The notes under the pieces: generated by a model
The model's input: only the letters and a program-made list of their open reading frames with translations
The model's database searches: none
What the model was told of the DNA's origin: nothing
Made by a program: the position numbers and the translations under genes
Assembly: GCA_039934415.1 (NCBI GenBank)
Contig: JBDTME010000004.1
Span: 632 to 64,631, forward strand
Source: Patescibacteria group bacterium
Lineage (GTDB): Bacteria > Patescibacteriota > Microgenomatia > UBA1400 > PJMF01
Direction of reading: 5' to 3'
Length of the DNA: 64,000 bases
Shown here: piece by piece, positions 20,436 to 30,224 of the stretch
How the letters are laid out: each line of letters opens with the position of its first letter
Position numbering within the stretch: the first letter of the stretch is position 1

Positions 20436-22625
20436 TTAATTTTCTCGTAACATTCTCAGTAGATAGGGTATTTGTTTTGCGTTGACAGAGATACCTTCTA
20501 CATGAGAGTGAACTAAAAACTCAATGAGTTCTTGATCTAAATTGTGTTCGCAAAAAATGACTGGCCGTTGATATTTTTGCGCAGATTCAATAACCATTTT
20601 AATAATAGTCCTAAAGCCAGGAGAATGATCATATGAAACTGAGAACTCGTTTGAGATATCGGAATCGAGCCCTAAAAGTAACATTTTTAAGTCTTTAGCA
20701 CCGATGGTAATCCCATCCACCCCATGGGATAGGAATGTATCCAGCTCTATTGCCACAGCTGGGGTATCCACCATCATCCAAATTTGAAAATGATGCGATT
20801 GTTTAAGGCCACGTTTTTCCATGTGGGATTTTAGTAATACCAATTCTTCGATACTGCGAATAAATGGGATCATGACGTGAAGATTGTCGTACCCTTCGTG
20901 TTTGAGCATTTTGATTGCTTCGAGCTCCAGATTAAAGCTGGCTAAGTCTGTGAGATAACGAAATGCTCCGCGATAACCAATTGCCGGATTTTTTTCTGTC
21001 TGTTCATACTCAGTTCCCCCTTCGAGTTGTCTGAGTTCGTCGGAAGTCATATCCAGAAAACGATAATAAACGGGTTTTGGATGAACAGTTTGACAAACAG
21101 TTTTGATACCTTCTGCTAATTTGTGAATGAAAAGGTGCTCTTTGCGTTGTCGAATCGCATGTTTAGGGTGTAAACCGATTTGTGCAACCAAGTACTCCGC
21201 GCGCAGGAGTCCAATCCCGGCAATTTGATGGAGTTCCATCGTTTTTATGTTTGCGGGTTCGCCTGTTGAAAGGTAGAGTTTGGTATGTAATGTCGTGCGA
21301 GTTCTTTCTGATGAAGACTTTTGATCTCTGTATTGCAGTGATCCATCATATACAACACCTTGTTGCCCAAAGATGGTGATGAGCTGGCCATTTTTAAAAA
21401 TGTGCGAGCCAAAGTGGGTGCTACCGATACACGGAATTCCTAAACTCTGAACATCTCGAGGGAAAAACGCTTGATCTGCGACGATGCCGGCTGCTTTTCG
21501 CAAGTGTTCTACATTGAGCAAATTTAACTTGTCTGTGACCAGAATTTCACCCGACTGTATTTGTGCGTACTCCTCTGGTGTTCGACAAATTCTAACTTTA
21601 CCAGAGATCAATCCAGGATGAACGGAAGAGCCATACAGTGTTGGCCTCATCGTTCCTATTTGGGTTATGAAGTTGTCGTCGGGATCGCCGACTTTTTCCA
21701 TTAGTTGTTCTGTTTGTAAAATATAAAACTGATCGTTCTCTAAAGACCATTCAATGCGTTGAGGAAAAAATAAGAATTGTTGGATTTTGATGGCGAGTTG
21801 GGCGAGCTTTTTCAGCTCAGTTGAATTGAGTTTTGGGCTAAACTTGCGTGAGTCAGGAATCGGTATCTCCTGAGTGGAAGTGACTTTTCTGACCAGTTCC
21901 ATATCTTGAGCATGTCGATTTTGTTGAATGATTTCCCAGCTGTCTTTCTCAATTTCGTAACGGTCAGCTTGCATCATGTGGTCATTTAAATACTCGCCAA
22001 TTCCCCAGATGGCATCTATCACGACAGTCCGTTTGTTTTGGTTATCAGGGTTTTTGGAGTAGGCTACTCCCGCAACTTTTGATTCAGTCATGCGTTGAAC
22101 GACAACTGCCTGAGAAATTTGAGTTGGTGAAATTAAGTTTTCAAAAAGTGTCAACAACATTTTGGGTTGAAACAATGCTGCCCAAGTTTTCTTTACAGTA
22201 TGGATCACATTGGCATCACCTTTGATATTGAAGAAAGTGGCGTGAAGGTCTGGAAGTCTGGTTTGAGTCTTACTTGAGCGGACCGCGACAAATGTGTTTG
22301 GTCCGAGTTTTTCATATGCTTGAGCGATCTCAGTGGCTACTTCTTGATCAATTTCCAAGTGATCGATAATCTCAATGATCTGGGTTGAGATTTGGTGTAA
22401 TTTTTCTGGATTTTTATCATCTATCTGTGAAAACAAATGCTCGATCTGATCTTTTTGAGAGGGACTTAGTGCATGAGAAAAAACATGTGCTGGAATAACA
22501 AAACCCGGAGGAATTGGCAGCTTGACCGTTTCCAGTTTTCCCAGATCCACACCCTTATCCCCCACTATACTTAGTGAGTAATTCACACAATCTTTAAACC
22601 AGATAATTGAGGGCAGGTGTTCCAT
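20436..22625 (-). CDS. PEP synthase / pyruvate-water dikinase-like protein (no obvious phospho-His)
   Basis: VAVRSS, GIGE, GLLRAE, EKNPAIGYRG and MIPF motifs. The central domain lacks the TSHAA motif. Confidence 0.8.
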   Translation of the reverse strand: MEHLPSIIWFKDCVNYSLSIVGDKGVDLGKLETVKLPIPPGFVIPAHVFSHALSPSQKDQIEHLFSQIDDKNPEKLHQISTQIIEIIDHLEIDQEVATEIAQAYEKLGPNTFVAVRSSKTQTRLPDLHATFFNIKGDANVIHTVKKTWAALFQPKMLLTLFENLISPTQISQAVVVQRMTESKVAGVAYSKNPDNQNKRTVVIDAIWGIGEYLNDHMMQADRYEIEKDSWEIIQQNRHAQDMELVRKVTSTQEIPIPDSRKFSPKLNSTELKKLAQLAIKIQQFLFFPQRIEWSLENDQFYILQTEQLMEKVGDPDDNFITQIGTMRPTLYGSSVHPGLISGKVRICRTPEEYAQIQSGEILVTDKLNLLNVEHLRKAAGIVADQAFFPRDVQSLGIPCIGSTHFGSHIFKNGQLITIFGQQGVVYDGSLQYRDQKSSSERTRTTLHTKLYLSTGEPANIKTMELHQIAGIGLLRAEYLVAQIGLHPKHAIRQRKEHLFIHKLAEGIKTVCQTVHPKPVYYRFLDMTSDELRQLEGGTEYEQTEKNPAIGYRGAFRYLTDLASFNLELEAIKMLKHEGYDNLHVMIPFIRSIEELVLLKSHMEKRGLKQSHHFQIWMMVDTPAVAIELDTFLSHGVDGITIGAKDLKMLLLGLDSDISNEFSVSYDHSPGFRTIIKMVIESAQKYQRPVIFCEHNLDQELIEFLVHSHVEGISVNAKQIPYLLRMLREN

Positions 22626-22825
22626 AACAAACAAACCAACAACGTTGGATTGAGTACCTTTCATGGTACTGGAATCAGGGGTGTGACGCAAGAAGACAGA
22701 AGAGTGCTAAAGCAACACTGACTTGATGTGGCTTCACAGTGGTAGACACCCTGCCAAAACTAGCATTTGCAATTTCAGCGGCTGTAAGTAGAGTGGCTGA
22801 GATGAATGATTGGTATTGTATGACT

Positions 22826-24184
22826 CTACAGTTCCTGACGAATTAAAGCTAACAGTTCATCTCTTTTTTGCTCCATGACTGTTTTATCCATGGCTTCGAC
22901 ATTTAGACGAACGAGAGGTTCTGTATTGGAAGCACGAACGTTAAAGTGCCAATCACCCATTTCCATAGTGACTCCATCAACTTTGATGATTTCCTTAGCA
23001 TCTTTTGCGTATTTTGCTTCCAGACGGCTGAAAACATCAACTGCATTCGCACCTTTAGTATTAATTTCACCTGAGATGAAGTATTTCGATTCAAGTTCAT
23101 CGAGCATTTGATCAAGTGTTTGTGTTGAATGACTGAGTAGGTCCATCAGAAATAGCATTGGAGCTATTCCGCCATCACAGAAAAAGAAATCTTTGAAGTA
23201 ATAATGACCGGTGACTTCTCCTCCAAACGCTGCATTCTCATCCATCATACGTTTTTTGATGTACGCATGGCCTACTCTATTATAGAGTGCCTTGCCTCCA
23301 GCTGCAGCTATTTTTTCAGGTACTGCATGAGAAGCACGGATGTCATAAACGATAGCACTGCCTGGATATTTTTTTAGAAAATATTCGGAGAGTAATGCAG
23401 TCATGAAATCACCAGATACAAACCGGCCTGTTTTGTCGACACAGAAGAAGCGGTCACCGTCCGGATCAAAGGCGAAACCAAGATCAGCCCCCTCTGCTGG
23501 TACTCGTTGCATCAGTTCTCGTCGATTTTCCTCCATGAGTGGATCGCCACCATGATTTGGGAAATTACCATCTGGCTCGAAGTACATGGGGGTCATCTGA
23601 ATTTGGGGAAGTTTTTTGAATAGTTCAGTCAGTGAAAGTCCAACCATGCCATTCGCAGTATCACAGAGTACTTTCATTGGTTTGAGTTTTGACACGTCAA
23701 CTAATCCAAGCATCATTTCGATGAATCCTGGCATGATATCCCATTGTTCGACTGTGCCTGGAGTAGCAGCTGTTGGAGGAAATGTATCAGTTTCAATGAC
23801 CTCTTTAATATCCATGATTCCTTCATCACCTGAAAGGAGGTATGGAATTTGGCGAACCATCTTAAAACCGTTGTACTCTTTTGGATTGTGACTGGCTGTA
23901 ATCATGATGCCAGGTAATTTTTTTGTTGCACATGCGTAGTAGTACATGTCGGTGGAGACCATGCCGACGTCAATTATATTGACACCAACACTGGTTAAGC
24001 CTTCAATGAGTTTGTCGTGCAATGTAGGACTTGAGATGCGAGCGTCGCGCCCGACGATGACAGTTGTTGGAGATAGAACTTTTGCGAACCCTTTGCCTAC
24101 GGCAACCGCAGTTTCTGGAAAAATTTCTTTTTCATACACGCCACGAATGTCATACGATTTGAAAATTCCTGGATTGACCTGCAT
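22826..24184 (-). CDS. Phosphomannomutase/phosphoglucomutase
   Basis: TASHNP phosphoserine loop, DPDGDR metal loop, GEVTGH, RASNTEP. Confidence 0.95.
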   Translation of the reverse strand: MQVNPGIFKSYDIRGVYEKEIFPETAVAVGKGFAKVLSPTTVIVGRDARISSPTLHDKLIEGLTSVGVNIIDVGMVSTDMYYYACATKKLPGIMITASHNPKEYNGFKMVRQIPYLLSGDEGIMDIKEVIETDTFPPTAATPGTVEQWDIMPGFIEMMLGLVDVSKLKPMKVLCDTANGMVGLSLTELFKKLPQIQMTPMYFEPDGNFPNHGGDPLMEENRRELMQRVPAEGADLGFAFDPDGDRFFCVDKTGRFVSGDFMTALLSEYFLKKYPGSAIVYDIRASHAVPEKIAAAGGKALYNRVGHAYIKKRMMDENAAFGGEVTGHYYFKDFFFCDGGIAPMLFLMDLLSHSTQTLDQMLDELESKYFISGEINTKGANAVDVFSRLEAKYAKDAKEIIKVDGVTMEMGDWHFNVRASNTEPLVRLNVEAMDKTVMEQKRDELLALIRQEL

Positions 24185-24227
24185 AAGATCTCCTTTTCGA
24201 ATGAAACACATTATACACTCGTTTATA

Positions 24228-24908
24228 TTACCTCAACATGAGTTGTTCAAGTTCTTGTTGTAGACCTAATTTTGATTGACCGGTTTTCAGATGGAAATCT
24301 AGAAAAGTAAGTTGTTCATGCAGATCTATCAATTGTTGAAGTGTAAATGAACGCGCTTGTTGTTGCAATTTTTTTACGACGAAGGGATGTTCTTTCATGG
24401 GTTCTCCACTCTTTATTAAAAGCAGCAGTCGAACTTGGCGAACGAACATAGCAAAACAAAACTCAGCACCATCTTGTATCGCTGCTTGTTGGAGTAACTT
24501 CAACTTACGCGGGATTGGTCCATGTAATGAATCAAGCCATTCAAATAATGAAGAAGACAGCGCAAAAAGTTGTTGAGTTGCGTTCGGGAATTTTTTTTGT
24601 TGAGCAGGAGTTAATTTTTTAGATTCCCATAAAATGATTTGATTTGAATCAGCATACTTGCCCACCAAAACAAGCAACTCCTCTTTTTTCTTTGATTTTG
24701 GCCCAGAAAAAATACTCTCAATCACCAAAACTTTTTCCGATCCAAACATGTCCTGGCTACCCAGTTCTGCCTCTAGAATCGCAGTAGTCAAACCCGTTGT
24801 TTCCAAATGATGAACCTGCAGATCCTTCTGCTTCGCCACCTCCATCAACTCCACGAGTTTTGCTCGAGAGTTAACCTGATGCTCGCCATGTAAGATCGTA
24901 AGAGACAT
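24228..24908 (-). CDS. holA: DNA polymerase III delta subunit (short form)
   Basis: ILHGE start, MFGSEK, HPFVVKK and D..LKTG HolA motifs. Confidence 0.8.
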   Translation of the reverse strand: MSLTILHGEHQVNSRAKLVELMEVAKQKDLQVHHLETTGLTTAILEAELGSQDMFGSEKVLVIESIFSGPKSKKKEELLVLVGKYADSNQIILWESKKLTPAQQKKFPNATQQLFALSSSLFEWLDSLHGPIPRKLKLLQQAAIQDGAEFCFAMFVRQVRLLLLIKSGEPMKEHPFVVKKLQQQARSFTLQQLIDLHEQLTFLDFHLKTGQSKLGLQQELEQLMLR

Positions 24909-24938
24909 GGGCGTAGTGTACCGGTAAATAGAAAAAGA

Positions 24939-25157
24939 TTACAGCCCGGAGAGCAAAGTCTGAATTTTAGCGAAGATAAAACCACCAAGGAAAATAATCC
25001 CGTACAAAAACAAATGCATCAACATCGAAAAAACTCTCTCACTCTTCGTGGCTTCATGCTGAACGCCAAGAGCTCCAGAGACAGCATCATTTACATTAGA
25101 ACTAGAGTTGAATATTCCCATGGTTACAAGTATGTAAACAGGAAGTGAAAAAGTCAA
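24939..25157 (-). CDS. Small hypothetical membrane protein
   Basis: 72-aa ORF with a C-terminal TM segment, coupled to the upstream Tad gene. Confidence 0.35.
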   Translation of the reverse strand: MTFSLPVYILVTMGIFNSSSNVNDAVSGALGVQHEATKSERVFSMLMHLFLYGIIFLGGFIFAKIQTLLSGL

Positions 25158-26263
25158 ACCGGAAAAATAGTCTCAGTTAACTTGAAGAATACTGATTCAG
25201 CTAATTCTTTCAGTTGCTTTGTTAACAATAAAGATTCGTTCGTTATTAGTTCAAATTTTCTTTGATGTAACTTAATTGCTTCACTATCTTCATCGATAAC
25301 GAATATTTTGTTTGGACTCATTTTTTGCTCCAATGATTTTATGAGTGATAGATCTAGTGTTGGCTCAACTCTATTGCAAACCAAGAGAGATAAGCTTTTA
25401 TTTTCGGGTCTCTGTATCTCTTTATGGGTCTCTAATGTCTGAATAATACTGTTAGCATCTGGGGTGAAGATCAGAATTAATAAGTCAAAAAGTTGAGCAT
25501 ATGCAGAAAGTTGTGTTGTAGGAAAAACTGGCATGTCCACAACCGTTATTTGATAAAGTTGCTTCATACCAGTAAGAAGATTAGAGAGCTCTTCAGCAGA
25601 AAGAATAGGTGTCATGTAATTTTCAGGTGCACTTAGTATGTCAAATTGGTAGTCTGTTTTTAAAACTTGTGAATTCAAACGGCGAGGTGTTAGATCTTTA
25701 CCAGTGTTCAAGAGTGGTCGAAGAACTTGCCATGAAGTTTTAGACTGAATGTTTAAGAATGTATGTGCCGATCCAAACGGTATTCCAGCATCAATTAGAA
25801 GCGGGTCTGATTTTGTGAATGTAGAAAGTTTTGATGCCAAATGGTAACTGATGAAACTTTTCCCTACTCCTCCTTTTATCGCTAAAACACCAACTGTTTT
25901 TCCTTGACCAAACTGCTTTTTCCTTTTTTCAAAAACTGCGTCATAGGCTTGATCAATCAATGCATCCAGGTTTTTTAAATCTTTTGGTAAGATGACGGCG
26001 AATGCTTGAAGTTGCTGCGCAAGTTGATATGTTGTGGCTAGTGTCTCTACACTTTCCAAGTAAAGAATCAGTGCAACTTGGGTTTTTCCTAACAGTTGTT
26101 TAATGTTTTTTGCCTGTTTTACTGTAGCAATGATGACATCACAGGATTCTATAAATTGAGAACTCTCTTTCTCTTCTTGCCAAATGAGATATTTATTAAT
26201 TGGTAATGCTTGCAAAATTTCTCTGATCTCACTTTTATAAACCAGATTGGTAACTTTGATCAT
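25154..26263 (-). CDS. cpaE: Tad pilus TadZ/CpaE (MinD/ParA-like ATPase)
   Basis: Deviant Walker A KGGVGKS, degenerate receiver-like N-terminus, adjacent to tadA. Confidence 0.8.
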   Translation of the reverse strand: MIKVTNLVYKSEIREILQALPINKYLIWQEEKESSQFIESCDVIIATVKQAKNIKQLLGKTQVALILYLESVETLATTYQLAQQLQAFAVILPKDLKNLDALIDQAYDAVFEKRKKQFGQGKTVGVLAIKGGVGKSFISYHLASKLSTFTKSDPLLIDAGIPFGSAHTFLNIQSKTSWQVLRPLLNTGKDLTPRRLNSQVLKTDYQFDILSAPENYMTPILSAEELSNLLTGMKQLYQITVVDMPVFPTTQLSAYAQLFDLLILIFTPDANSIIQTLETHKEIQRPENKSLSLLVCNRVEPTLDLSLIKSLEQKMSPNKIFVIDEDSEAIKLHQRKFELITNESLLLTKQLKELAESVFFKLTETIFPV

Positions 26264-26265
26264 AG

Positions 26266-27486
26266 TTAGTGCTTTTCTTTCAATGAATTAAAAAATTTTG
26301 TGGTTTTCATATTGCTGATACTGAAATCTTTTTGATCAATTTCGTACAAAGTATTTAACTTACCTGATGTTGAAAAAGAACAGATTTTGGATATAACCCG
26401 ATGGTGTCGTTCATCGCGTTTCAACTGTATAAATAGATCAATAGAGCTTATAATCCAGCTTCGTATAACAGATAGAGGAAGTTCTTGGAATCCAGCCAAG
26501 AGAACGAGTGACTCCAAACGGTTGACTGCTGATTCAGGACTGTTTGCATGAATTGTTGACATGGAACCTGGATGACCAGTGTTCATAGCCTGCAGTAAGT
26601 CGTATGCTTCTCCGCCTCTCGCCTCTCCTACAATAATTCGATCAGGTCGCATTCTTAAGGCATTTTTGACTAAGTCACGAATAGTTAACTCTCCTTTGCC
26701 ATCTACATTTGGTGGACGAGTTTCCAGTCGAACCAGATTTAATAAATTTCTTGGTGTTGCTAACTCAGCGGTTTCTTCAATCAATACTACTCTTTCACCT
26801 TTTTCGCCTCCTGGTACCCAGCTTAAAATAGCTGAAGTTAAGGTCGTCTTTCCTGTAGCTGTTCCTCCAGAAATGAGGATATTTGCTTTCAGGTGAACAG
26901 CTTCTGCCAAAAATTCACCAACTGATTTTGGGAACATCCCAAAATCAATTAAATCATTTGGGCTATATACTTCTTCCGGAAATTTTCGAATTGTAATCAA
27001 AGGTCCTTGTGGGCTGATAGGTTCGACAACAACATTGACACGAGATCCATCTGCAATTCTTGTATCAACAATGGGCATGCTACGGTCAACACGTCTACCA
27101 CTTCCTTCTAACAAGCGTTCAATAATGATGCTCAGTTCTTCTCTATCTAACTTACTATCAGTTAACTCAAATTGGTCATTCATTCTTTTTTTAATGAAAA
27201 CTCCATCAAAGCCGTTAATCATTATCTCTTCCACCTCCGGATCGTCTTGATACTCTTGAATGCTTTGTAATCCCCACACAACTTCAGTCAGTAATTGATT
27301 GAGAATAATTTGTTTTTGGTCGGGAAGAACAAATTGACTGATTGATTCAAACACTTGGTCTAAATGTTTCTCACCTTGTATTTGTTGGTCAGTTCGAGAG
27401 AGCAAATGGAAATCTTTTTCTTTTGAGACTATCTCAATGAAGTTAAGTTTAATTTGGTTATAGTTTAAATGTAGTGCATTTTTCAT
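26266..27486 (-). CDS. cpaF: Tad pilus assembly ATPase TadA/CpaF
   Basis: GGTATGKTT, LRMRPDRIIVGEARG and AMNTGH.GSMSTIHANS motifs. Confidence 0.95.
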   Translation of the reverse strand: MKNALHLNYNQIKLNFIEIVSKEKDFHLLSRTDQQIQGEKHLDQVFESISQFVLPDQKQIILNQLLTEVVWGLQSIQEYQDDPEVEEIMINGFDGVFIKKRMNDQFELTDSKLDREELSIIIERLLEGSGRRVDRSMPIVDTRIADGSRVNVVVEPISPQGPLITIRKFPEEVYSPNDLIDFGMFPKSVGEFLAEAVHLKANILISGGTATGKTTLTSAILSWVPGGEKGERVVLIEETAELATPRNLLNLVRLETRPPNVDGKGELTIRDLVKNALRMRPDRIIVGEARGGEAYDLLQAMNTGHPGSMSTIHANSPESAVNRLESLVLLAGFQELPLSVIRSWIISSIDLFIQLKRDERHHRVISKICSFSTSGKLNTLYEIDQKDFSISNMKTTKFFNSLKEKH

Positions 27487-27492
27487 TTTAGG

Positions 27493-28335
27493 TCATAATC
27501 CTTTTTGCAAGACGAATATAAAGGGAATAAGAAAAATGATAAGCAAAGCTGGGAGATGGAAAAGTAAAAGCGGTCCTAAAAGTACTCCACTTGTTTTATT
27601 TGCCAAATCTTTCGTGTGTTGTTCACGTAAAAGTTGTGCTGTTTCTACCAGACTTTGTGTTTTATTAGTCAGAGATGTTCCGTACTGATTTGAGACTCTG
27701 ATTGAAATAGACAGCTCTTTGAGCAAGGGATGTGGGCAAATAATCACAAAGCGATCAAGCAATTCTGACCCACTCAAATAACGTTGAACCTTTATAAGTC
27801 GACGTAGCTCATCACCTAGAGCCCCTGGAAAATTGGGAGCAATGAACCTGAGTGCTTGAGGAAAAGATTCATAACCTGTTGATGAAGTGATCATGTGGAA
27901 TTGTTCTAAAAAAGTAGGTACTGCTTGGTATAGTAAAAATTGATGAGTTTTCATTTTGTCTTGAATATAAAACTCTGGGAGGCACAAGCCGATACTGGCA
28001 CCTACTATGAAACCAATTAGCATAAATAACGGAGAGACTTTTTGAATGATTAAACTCAGCACAAGCGCACAGATGCTTGCCGTTAATATTGTGCTCAACA
28101 TTTTAAAAAAACGAATCGTTCTTTTGTCAAAATAAATGAGGGCCACTGTTAACTGTTCTGATTTTAAAAAAAAAGTTTTATCAAACACTTTCATTGATTG
28201 AATCGACTTGTCTATTCGCACTGAAAACTTTTGTAGTATGAAGGAGGGAGTCTCTGAACTCCCACTTAGTTTTTGTAGGTAGTTGTTACTATTAATAATG
28301 AATGAAATCATTCTTATCACTCCTTGCTTGTCCAT
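27493..28335 (-). CDS. tadC: TadC-like (T2SS-F domain) membrane platform protein
   Basis: Two TM segments, T2SSF-like domain with YGTSL, C-terminal LLLFHLPA helix. Confidence 0.75.
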   Translation of the reverse strand: MDKQGVIRMISFIINSNNYLQKLSGSSETPSFILQKFSVRIDKSIQSMKVFDKTFFLKSEQLTVALIYFDKRTIRFFKMLSTILTASICALVLSLIIQKVSPLFMLIGFIVGASIGLCLPEFYIQDKMKTHQFLLYQAVPTFLEQFHMITSSTGYESFPQALRFIAPNFPGALGDELRRLIKVQRYLSGSELLDRFVIICPHPLLKELSISIRVSNQYGTSLTNKTQSLVETAQLLREQHTKDLANKTSGVLLGPLLLFHLPALLIIFLIPFIFVLQKGL

Positions 28336-28694
28336 TGTTTCTCATTTAGGACTGAAGCTGAAATTGATATTGGCTTTTGAATTGAATCGAAAAAAGGGAC
28401 ATTAGATTGAAGATTTGCCCTAACGTTAAGAGTGATATATTCGTTACTGGAACAGTCAATTGTAAGTGGTATGCTCATTTCTCTTATTGAATCTTTTACA
28501 AACTGAATTCCAGTGTTGCAATCTTTTATTGCTGCAACTCGTGCCCCCGCGTCGGTTACACTTGTTAATTGAAGTCTAAGAAAAGCAAGTTGCCCAAAAT
28601 AAAACACAATTCCAATCAACCCTACAATCAATGGCATTAACATGACTAGTTCCAGTGTTGCCCACCCGCTTTGTATGAATAGCTTTTTTCTCAT
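28317..28694 (-). CDS. TadE-like pseudopilin
   Basis: G|WATLELV class III signal, TM segment, AGAR motif. Confidence 0.8.
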   Translation of the reverse strand: MRKKLFIQSGWATLELVMLMPLIVGLIGIVFYFGQLAFLRLQLTSVTDAGARVAAIKDCNTGIQFVKDSIREMSIPLTIDCSSNEYITLNVRANLQSNVPFFDSIQKPISISASVLNEKQWTSKE

Positions 28695-28721
28695 ATTGAA
28701 TGAGTAGATAGATTTTTTATT

Positions 28722-29384
28722 TCACTTCGTTATGGCTACTAAGTACCATCCATCGGCTAAGGCTTTAGTTAACAAAAGTGAAGTTTGTGGGTCTAGCACA
28801 AAACCAACGCTGTTTATTTGTTCTTGATCCGAGTCAGTTTTGACTACAGTGACGTCAGCTACTTTTACTGATTCAATTAGTATTTCTGCTTGATCAGCTT
28901 TTTTGTCTTTTCCTAAAATGCTCAACTCTTGGCCAGTTTCAAATGTACTTGGTATTGCATGTAAATCTCTCAAGGGCAAGTAAAATAGATGTTGTTGTGG
29001 AGCTATTTGTTCTTTGAGTGTTACCAGTTCTTCTGGTTTTTGAAATGAACTCAGCTGCAGAATATCTCCAGCTTGAAGATCAATTAACAGAGGAATTTTT
29101 GTCAGTTCAACATTATTACAGTCATTAATGCTATTTGATGAAATGTCATGAGTTCTTATTTGTTTTGAGGTAATTTTGTTTAACTGAAGATAGTCACCTT
29201 TTTTTACATTGGACTTTACTAGACACTCGGTTGTCATAGGTTCAGGCTGAGGACGTTGTGACCATGCGTTAGTTAAGAAACCAACTGTTAGAAGCCAAAG
29301 CAGGATGGACAGGAATCGCAACCAATAGCGTTCGAGCAAACGCCACAATTTCCCCTGAAGTGAATGTGGTGGAAGACGCTTCAT
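28722..29384 (-). CDS. CpaB/RcpC-like Flp pilus assembly protein (SAF domain)
   Basis: N-terminal TM, SAF-like segment, GQELSI and ILIESVKV motifs, Tad context. Confidence 0.65.
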   Translation of the reverse strand: MKRLPPHSLQGKLWRLLERYWLRFLSILLWLLTVGFLTNAWSQRPQPEPMTTECLVKSNVKKGDYLQLNKITSKQIRTHDISSNSINDCNNVELTKIPLLIDLQAGDILQLSSFQKPEELVTLKEQIAPQQHLFYLPLRDLHAIPSTFETGQELSILGKDKKADQAEILIESVKVADVTVVKTDSDQEQINSVGFVLDPQTSLLLTKALADGWYLVAITK

Positions 29385-29391
29385 AAAAAGT

Positions 29392-29541
29392 TTAAATCAA
29401 TTTTAAAGTTTCTATTGCTGCGACAAGTTTTTCACCAAACGCTTTGAGAACTAGCGTGACAACTCCAACGAGTGCTATGGCGCCAACCACATACTCCATC
29501 GTTGTCCAACCAGTTTGGGAGTGTTTTCTATTTTTAGACAT
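29392..29541 (-). CDS. flp: Flp (type IVb/c) major pilin, 49 aa
   Basis: Translated by hand: MSKNRKHSQTG|WTTMEYVVGAIALVGVVTLVLKAFGEKL..., with the Flp G-x4-EY motif. Absent from the ORF track. Confidence 0.85.
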   Translation of the reverse strand: MSKNRKHSQTGWTTMEYVVGAIALVGVVTLVLKAFGEKLVAAIETLKLI

Positions 29542-29587
29542 AGAGCTCCAAATTTGAAAATAACGTCTAAATCAGTTATTATATAAG

Positions 29588-30220
29588 ATGTTCAAAAAAT
29601 ATCAAATTGTATCAAAGATGCCTAAAAATCTCTCAAATACACTTCGAGATAGAACTGGTTCAGTCTCCATACTTTTTATTATTTTCATTGTGGTCGCAAT
29701 TAGTTTCACTTATGGAATCGTAGCCGTGGCTGAGACATTAATACAAAAAAAAGAAGCTATATATGGAGCTCAATCGAGTGCGAACGCTGCAGCATTTGTA
29801 TACGCTCAAACTTTTGTAAAAAAGATGCACCAATGTGTTGGGAAAAAGATTGAGGAGGCTATGAGTACATCAGCTCAGATTAATCCCGATTGTGACAACA
29901 CTAAATTAAAGCAATGTGCTGAAGGCGATTTTACTGAATGTGGAACAATTGTGTTTTTGTGTTTTCCCGATGAACAAAATGAAATTCAAGCCTGTGGTCA
30001 GGATGAAAATGTCAGAAATGAGTCTATACAAGTTGCTCGTTCTTCAGCTCAAACGATTGCAAAAAAGTATGAGTTAAAACATGTTGAGATTTCTTTATTC
30101 AATGACTCAGTGAAAGTTACAGGTACAAAGGAATTAAAAACACAATTGCCTATCTTTGGAACTACAGATGAATTCAAAGTCCAAGCCGAAAGTACATTTT
30201 CATTACTAAAAAAGGATTAG
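29588..30220 (+). CDS. TadG-like pseudopilin with Cys-rich insert
   Basis: G|SVSILF TM segment, AQSSANAAA motif, several Cys. Confidence 0.65.
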   Translation: MFKKYQIVSKMPKNLSNTLRDRTGSVSILFIIFIVVAISFTYGIVAVAETLIQKKEAIYGAQSSANAAAFVYAQTFVKKMHQCVGKKIEEAMSTSAQINPDCDNTKLKQCAEGDFTECGTIVFLCFPDEQNEIQACGQDENVRNESIQVARSSAQTIAKKYELKHVEISLFNDSVKVTGTKELKTQLPIFGTTDEFKVQAESTFSLLKKD

Positions 30221-30224
30221 CAGA

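Noticed and set aside
22702-22710. CIRCE half-site (GAGTGCTAA) upstream of the PpsA-like gene
   Set aside because: There is no matching second half at 9-nt spacing.
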